A stretch of 64,000 nucleotides of DNA from the human T2T-CHM13v2.0 reference genome, Homo sapiens, in the NCBI RefSeq assembly GCF_009914755.1, contig NC_060941.1, one strand, 5' to 3'. Positions 57,053 to 64,000 of this stretch are shown here, one piece after another. The number at the start of each line of letters is the position of its first letter. Position 1 is the first letter of the stretch. Made by a program: the position numbers and the translations under genes. Below the pieces are notes generated by a model that saw only the letters and a list, made by a program, of their open reading frames with translations, made no database searches and had not been told where the DNA came from.

Positions 57053-59114
57053 CTAGGGAAAGGCTAAGTCATCTGGCCAAGGTCATTTAGCCAAGCAGGC
57101 AGAACTAGGCCACATTACAGGCCAGCCTGAGAATATGGCCTCCTCAGGAGCACAGAGAGGAGGCAGGGGGGCCAGGATGCCACCCAGCACACACCGTGGC
57201 TGAGAACACAGGCTCTGCGCCCAGTTCCTGGGTCCGTTCCTGAATCCAGCACTCATAAGCCATGCTACTCTGGGCAAGCTGCTGGGCTCTCTGTGTCGGT
57301 TTCCTGGTCCATATAATGGGAAAATATGCTTCCTCCTAGACGCCTGAGAGGATTGGAGGGGCAGATCCACAGACAGCATCTAGATTGACATTGCACCTGC
57401 AAAGGCTCAGTCACTGTGAGCTTTTATGATGCCCTGAGTTCTGGGGAACCCCAAAAGCTCCTGATCCGGGAGCTGACCTGCAGGTTCCCCTAACCCCACT
57501 CATGGGCCTTGAGTGTCTGGGGCTGGTGTGGCATAGGAGAGCTAAACTGACCACCTGGGACGGGCCCAGAGAGCCACACCCCTAAACAAGCAGCCAGTTC
57601 TGGGGTCAGGAGAGCCAGGGAAGTGGCCGTCTGTGCTGCTCATGGGGTAGCCCAAGGCTGGTCACTCCTCCTCCCTGATTCCCAGCCCTGCAGAGGATAT
57701 TCAAACTCACCACACTTCAGAGAGGTGCTGGGGCACACGAGAGGAAGTGTGGCCCCCTTCCAAAGCCACGCCCCAGAGACTGGCTCTTCAGCCACCCCCT
57801 CCCACCCCTGGCAAAGGCTGGTGGCTACCCAGATGTGGATCTGGGGTGTCCATGCCCAGACCCCCCTGGACGTGAGCTGGAGAAGCCAGATCATGGGTCC
57901 AGCTGTTCTGCAGCTCTCCCACCTCCCAATTCTGCTGATTCCTACGTGGGGGATGGTGCCAAGGAGGGTCCAGAGAACTCAGTCCTGCCAGAGACTGGCC
58001 AGCAGCTGCAGTGGGTGGAGCCTGCGGAGGGGGCAGGAAAGCCAGGCTCCTGAGCTCGCACCTCACTTGCCTTTCTTGGCTGCACATCCTCCTCTATAAA
58101 GTGAGGTAGCCCTTTGTAATCTGACCTTAGTAATTCTCTTTGTTCCCTACCATTTTAGCTCAGATACGGGCCCTCAGGGAGGCTCCAGAATCTGGAGCCC
58201 AAGGAGGGTGCTGGGAAGAAAGACCACAAGCCCCAGACGCATCTGCCTGTCCCACATGTGCTTAGATGATTCACCGTGGTTTAAGCTGCTGTTTCCCTCC
58301 TGACGCTTGCATAGCTTCTATGAGATGGTTGCTGCCCAGGAATGCAAGTGACCCTGAGTGTAAGCACCTGAGGGCAGAAGCCACTTGGGGTGTGGCCAGG
58401 TACACTTTGGCCTTAGTGATTAGATACGACCAAGGTGCGTATTTGCTGTCTATAATTGCTGCTTGGTATCAGTAAGGATGAAAAAGAAGACCCCAGCATT
58501 TCCTAGGGAAGACGGGGGCCCCTCCCATCCTACAAGACTCAGCTTCTATGTTACCTCCTCCTCTGGGGCAGCATCTCAGGTCATCCCTCTGGACTCCCAA
58601 ATCACCTGTCCTATAGTACCAACCACAGGCTTGCTGCCTTCACTTGACCGTGAGCAATTTGAGGGCAAGGACCTGCCTTAGACTGGGCTGGATCCTGGGC
58701 ACCTCACTTAGTATACAGATGGTGCTTAGTAAGTGCATGAGAAGCAAAAGAGGTTCATGGTTTTGGTTATCCATTGGCTCATGGGGGTTACTTTGGAGCT
58801 TCTAGAAAAGCTCCTTCTCCCAGGAAGGAGGGCTCTGGGCTGGATTTTCTTTCCTTTTCTTTTAAGTCAGGACAGGAGGGGCAAGAGCCTCCTGAAGGAA
58901 GAAGTGAAGAATGAGTGCTGGTCAATACCAACCCCCCACCAGGTGCAAGGCCATCACCACGTTCAAGTTCATGTGTTAACTGAGCTTTGCTGTAGCCCTC
59001 TGCAGTTGCAGCAGCCGACTCGGAGTCCATGGGCAGAAGTAGCTCAGCTCAGCCACCACCATGACACCTAGACTCGGGCCCTAGGAGAAGCACCTTCTCT
59101 TCAAATCTTTATGC

Positions 59115-59295
59115 CAGGCCTTCTCAAAGTGGGCTCCCTGGACCAGCAGCAGTGGCAGCGACACCTGGGAACTGTCAGAAATGCAAATTCCCAGGCCCCT
59201 CCCAGACCCACTGCTTCAGAAGCTCTGGGAATGGGGCCCAGGAATATGCATTCTAACAGGTCCCCAAATGGTGCTCAAGTATGAGACCCACTGCT
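59115..59295 (+). mobile_element. MER5A
   Basis: ttctcaaagtgggctccctggaccagcagc...cacctgggaactgtcagaaatgcaaattcccaggcccc. Confidence 0.85.
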
Positions 59296-61083
59296 CTAGG
59301 CCACTCCCTTACCTCCATCAAGAGGCAGGTGACACTTGGGCTCTCAGAATGTGGCTCCTGATGCCTCAGATGAAAGGGCACCCCCTCATCCCTCCCATCC
59401 CGCCCTCCTCCCTCCTCAACCCCCAGGTTCCCCCAGGGCCTGGCACTATGAGGGGCCTAAGTGTCGTCCCTCTCTCTGCCAGCATCTAGGAGGCATGGCT
59501 GTGCCTCAGCTTGGACTCAGCCTGGGCTCTAAGGACCCAGGACCCCTCAAGATCTTTCTCAGCAGAGGCCTAATCCCTAAACCCTGGGGCTGGACATTCC
59601 AAGTTCCTGGAGACACAATAAGTCCTAACATTCCCGGGGAGGTGGCAGGCCTGGGGGCACAGACAATGGGCCTTGTGTTCGTCCCCACGCCTTCCTGCTT
59701 CAAACCAGGGCTCTGCAAGGGAGGCTGAGCTGTCAAAAGCACCACTGTCCACCCCGCTTGTCCTGCTTGCCTTTGCCCAAGGCCCAGGCTGAGGCTGGCA
59801 ACCCCTCAGCACACCGCCCCTCCCTGAAGCAGAACGGTGTTCCTTCTTCTTGGTGGTTTCCAGCACTTTCTAGGTTCTTCGTCCACCAGGGCCTGAGGAG
59901 GAAGGGGTTAAATGCCAACACCTCCCTTCTCTGTCTTCGTGGGGCTCTGGGACAGAGGAGCATGGGCAGTGGACAGAGCTCTCCAGCCACCTGAAGCCAC
60001 AGCCAGAAGCGCCTCCTCTCTGGGGCTGATTTCTCTTCATTAGAGCCATCACATCAACACTGACAGCCGCGTATTTATTACTGTCCCGACGACTACCATT
60101 TTTCACCCAGTGATGCGCAGGCGGATAATGAGCTTGGAGCCCAGCTAATGAGGAACTCCCCTCGGCCCTCCTTGGCAGCCCAGGCCCCACAACGGTCTGC
60201 CGGCCAACCCGCTCTCTGCCTGTAGACACTACACCAGGGCACAGAAAGGAACTCCAAATGGGGAAGTCAAGGGTCACCAGGCTGAGCCAGCCAGAGCTGT
60301 CCAAAGCCAACACGCACACTGCCCGTGGGGAAGAGACTTTGGGGTTGACCGAGCAATCAGGTCTGAGCACCGGGCACCGTCTCAGGGCAGAAGCCCCTCT
60401 TCCATTCTGGGTTCTGAGTCCTCAAGCCAGGGCAGCCAGAGACAAACATCAGGGATGGGCAGGTGGGCTGCCGGCCAGGAACCCCAGGGGAATGGGTGAG
60501 CAGGTGGGCTGCCAGCCAGGAACCCCGGGGAACTGGGTAAGCAGGCGGGCTGCTGACCAGAAACCCTGGTGGGGGACTGGGTGGATGTTTTGGGAGGAGG
60601 TGCTTGAACCTAATCAAGAACATTTCCTTAGTGATGCATGGGGAAGGCAAGGTGCTTGCAGCTGTATGGGGCACCAGCCACACACAGTAAGGACCTACTT
60701 TGCAAGGGGCTGGTCTTCTGGGAGCCTCAGCTCTTCTGGAAGGTACCCACACATCTAAATGAAAAAGGCCCCTGGGCGGTGGACATAGTGATCCCAGAGC
60801 CCAAACCTCTGACTAAGAGAGTCTTCAAGCCCTCAACTAGTCTCCAAATAAGACCCCACTGCTGGTGTTGATTGGCTTGCCTGGCCCAAATTAAGAGGGG
60901 GAGGTGGGAGGGTCCAAGACAGCTCCTCTAATGGTTTGGAGCAGTTTGGGTGAAGCTGAAGAAGAACCCAGACTACCACCCAATCACCCAAGCAGCAGGG
61001 TCCCCTTGGGAGGGGCAACAGCCGTATCCTCACTCCCACCACCCTTAAGGCATGGCCATAGGCCAGCCATAGCAGATAGGCAG

Positions 61084-61632
61084 TGTGATGGTTAATATTC
61101 AGTGTCAACTTGATTGGATTGAAGGATGCAAAGTATGGTTCTTGGGTGTGTCTATGAGGGTGTTGCCAAAGGAGAGTAACATTTATGTCAGTGGATTGGC
61201 AGAGGTGGACCCACCCTCAGTCTGGGTGGGCACCATCTAATCAGCTGCCAGCATGGCTAGATTAAAGCAGGCAGAGGAACGTGGAAGAATTTGACTTGCT
61301 GAGTCTTCCAGCCTCCATCTTTCTCCCCGTGTGAGAGGTTTCCTGCCCTTGAACATCGGACTCCAAGTTCTTCAGCTTTCGAACTCTCAGATTTACACCA
61401 GTGATTTTCCAGGGGCTCTCAGACCTTTGGCCACAGACTGAAGGCTGCACTGTCGGCTTCCCTACTTTTGAGGTTTTGGGACTTGGACTGACCTCCTTGC
61501 TCCTCAGCTTGCAGATGGCTTATTGTGGGACTTCACTTTCTGACTGTGTGATCCAATACTCTTAATAAACTCCCCTTCATATACACATCTGTCTTGTTAG
61601 TTTTGTCCCTCTAGAGAACCCTGACTAATACA
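61084..61632 (+). mobile_element. ERVL solo LTR, MLT2A2-like, full length (549 bp)
   Basis: tgtgatggttaatatt..gtgtcaacttgattggattgaaggatgcaaagta...ctagagaaccctgactaataca; TSD ggcag/ggtag; AATAAA at ~61564. Confidence 0.9.
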
Positions 61633-61938
61633 GGTAGAGTGACTCAACTATGTTTGAGGTCCAACTGCTTTAGAAAACAGCACAGAAAATTTTAAACACA
61701 AACAGCTTAAATATATACATGTAAAGCATCTTAGAATCTTACAGATGCTGTGACTCATTCAAGTCTTTCAAGACCAGATTTTGATGTATGTTCTAGGGGG
61801 TCCAGGAAGCCATGGGGACGACAAGCCACATCTTCCAGCAGCATCAACCAGCTTTAACATATCCTTTATGTGTTGGGATAGAATTTAGATAGCCCATGGA
61901 GTAGAATGCACATATTCACACATTTTAAAACTAAAATA

Positions 61939-62250
61939 GGCTGGGTGTGGTGGCTCACACCTGAAACCACAGCACTTTGGGAGGCAGCAGCAGGAGCATC
62001 ACATGAGGTAAGGAATTCAAGATTAGACTAGGCAACCGAGCAAGACCCTGTATCTACAAAAAAAATAAAATGATTAGCTGGGTATGGTAGTGTACACCTG
62101 TGGTCCCAGCTACTTAGGAGGCTGATGTGGGAGGATCGCTTGAACCTAGAAGGTTGAGGCTGCAGTCAGCTCTTACTACGCCACCGCCCTCCAGCCTGGC
62201 TGACAGAGACCGACATCTCAAAAAATATAAAATTAAATATAAAATAAAAT
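61939..62250 (+). mobile_element. AluJ
   Basis: Diverged dimer, gggaggatcgcttgaacc, A-rich tail. Confidence 0.9.
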
Positions 62251-63699
62251 TTAGAAATATATAAGGAAAAGGTCATGGGATAGTAGGTGGTTTCAGGCTG
62301 CATGGCCGGATACCCCAGGGCATGTGTCCACCCTCCTTACCATGAGTGGAACATCATGGAAGAGTTTGGAAAAGCTGCATTTACCTTCCCATTTTTTTCC
62401 CAATGAGGACACTTGTGGCCACACAGGCTAAAAGGCCTGGCCCAAAAGGACCCAATGAGACTCTTCCACTGTGGCCTCTGAGGCCCACACAGAGTCATGA
62501 ACTTGTTATATTCTCTCTCTGACTTCACAATTACCTCCATAGCACCCTTAAAAGAGTTAAGTGCATTAATTCAAGAAATAATTTACGTCTAGTACCTCAG
62601 TCCTTGTGGATGAAGGGTTATTATCTAAACTCAAGGAGTTCACAATTAAAGAAATCAGTTACACACAGATATTAAAAGATAATTCAGAATCAACAAGGCC
62701 AAAGTGCCCAGCGAGACATCTAGACTGGAACAACTGGGAGGAGGAGTCCCAGCTGGAAGTCAGGGACGGCTTCACGCTAGACTTTTTGGGGTCAGTGGAG
62801 AGGAGAACAGGGGTTCGAAAGGGGAGAAAGGAAGGTGCTATTGGGCTGGCAGGGTGGGGAGGGCAGTGTGAGCTTGGTGGAAGGCTGGCGTGGGGACAGG
62901 TGGAGGCGAGATTGCAGTGGCAGGTAGGGCCAGATTGTGGAGAGTTTGCCGTTGAGGCCACAGCTGTGGGGAAGCTACCAGGGTTCTAAGAGCAAGGGCG
63001 TGATAATGACAGGTCTCAGCATCCAGACCCCATCACTAAGACCCTATGGACATCAAGAGGGGGCTCCAAGTGTCCTTAGAGAAAGAAGAGGCCAGCCCAG
63101 GGTGCCCCCTGTGTCCTCCTCCTGTGCCCACCCAAGCTAAGGAGAAGCCTGTGGTCAAATGAGCCTACCCTGGGTCCACCAGCCCAAAGCAGCATGGCAA
63201 ACAGTTCCTGAATGTGGGTATCTTGGCCAAATCTAAGGCAATGGCCTGGGAGGCAGCTGACCTGCATTCATCATCTCTTTCTTACAAGTCAAGCGACCTT
63301 GGCAAGTTACTTAATATTTCTGAACTTCCATACTAACAATGTTAATAACATTAATACTTTCTGGCCAACCTCCTTCATAGACTGGGGTGAAGAGCAAATG
63401 CGATGTCTATGAAAGCTACCCACATACATTTGAGATTTTATGGCAGGATCCAATAAATACATTCACCTTAAGGCTGAACAGCTGATAATAGCTTAATAGG
63501 TGGGTTCTCTGTGCCATATTTGCATTTTAAGCTGGAGACAGAGAATGTCTTAACCAAATCAATAAATCCTTAACAGCAGAAGTTTAGATGCCACTGGCAG
63601 GTGTGTGAAAGACAAAAGGAACAAAAGCTGTCGGGGCAGGGGCACCTGTCAAACTGCAGGCCCCAAACGGACCTTGCTTCCAAGATAAAGATACTAAGG

Positions 63700-63905
63700 A
63701 CAATGACATGACAAACACTTATTCAGTGTTTATGATACATACACAGAACACTGTGTCCTAAAAGCTTAGCACAGCTCGTTAAACCCTGTCACAACCCAAC
63801 TGTTATCCTCGTTTTACAGATGAAGAAACTGAGGCATAGACAGGGTGTGTAACTCATCCAAGGTCACCCAGGCAGTAAATGACAGGTAGGATTTGAGCCC
63901 AGGGA
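63700..63905 (-). mobile_element. MIR
   Basis: gttttacagatgaagaaactgaggcatagac...ccaaggtcacccagg...ggatttgagcccagg. Confidence 0.85.
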
Positions 63906-63928
63906 GTCACCCGCATTTCAGGTTTCTA

Positions 63929-64000
63929 TTTTTTTTTTTTTGAGACAGAGTCTCACTCTGTACCCCAGGCTGGAGTGCAGTGGCGCCATCTCAGATCACA
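63929..64000 (-). mobile_element. Alu (3' end, truncated by the window end)
   Basis: poly-T then gagacagagtctcactctg...caggctggagtgcagtggcg. Confidence 0.9.

Overview
Primate genomic DNA, most likely human or great ape (AluY, AluS and AluJ elements are present). The window is GC-rich and gene-poor, either intergenic or deep-intronic. I found no protein-coding exon, tRNA or rRNA I can support. The ORF track (longest 235 aa) is explained by Alus, tandem repeats, low-complexity tracts and chance ORFs in GC-rich DNA. Content: about 20 Alus; many MIR and L2 relics; L1 fragments; solo LTRs (MLT1B/C/D-like, MLT2A2-like, one ERVL-type LTR); DNA-transposon fossils (MER5A, MER20, MER45, MER53, Tigger4, MER104-like); five minisatellites; and several short non-repeat patches dense in homeodomain/SOX/FOX/TCF motifs that look like developmental enhancers. 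Best second-look items: (1) a 63-64 bp minisatellite with a perfect estrogen response element beside FOX and GATA motifs (41116-41377); (2) a G-quadruplex-type 33-bp minisatellite that grew inside the 3' polypurine tract of an L1 (43459-43800), next to a p53-family element with two perfect half-sites (43381-43401); (3) a ~96% identical 136-bp dispersed duplication (12685-12820 / 13510-13645); (4) a full-length MLT2A2-like LTR with DUX4-type motifs; (5) a candidate NAGNAG microexon (3420-3449). I see no evidence for a new multi-gene system. Repeat subfamily names come from remembered consensus sequences and need RepeatMasker/Dfam confirmation; boundaries are approximate unless a TSD is given. 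I could not identify the locus.
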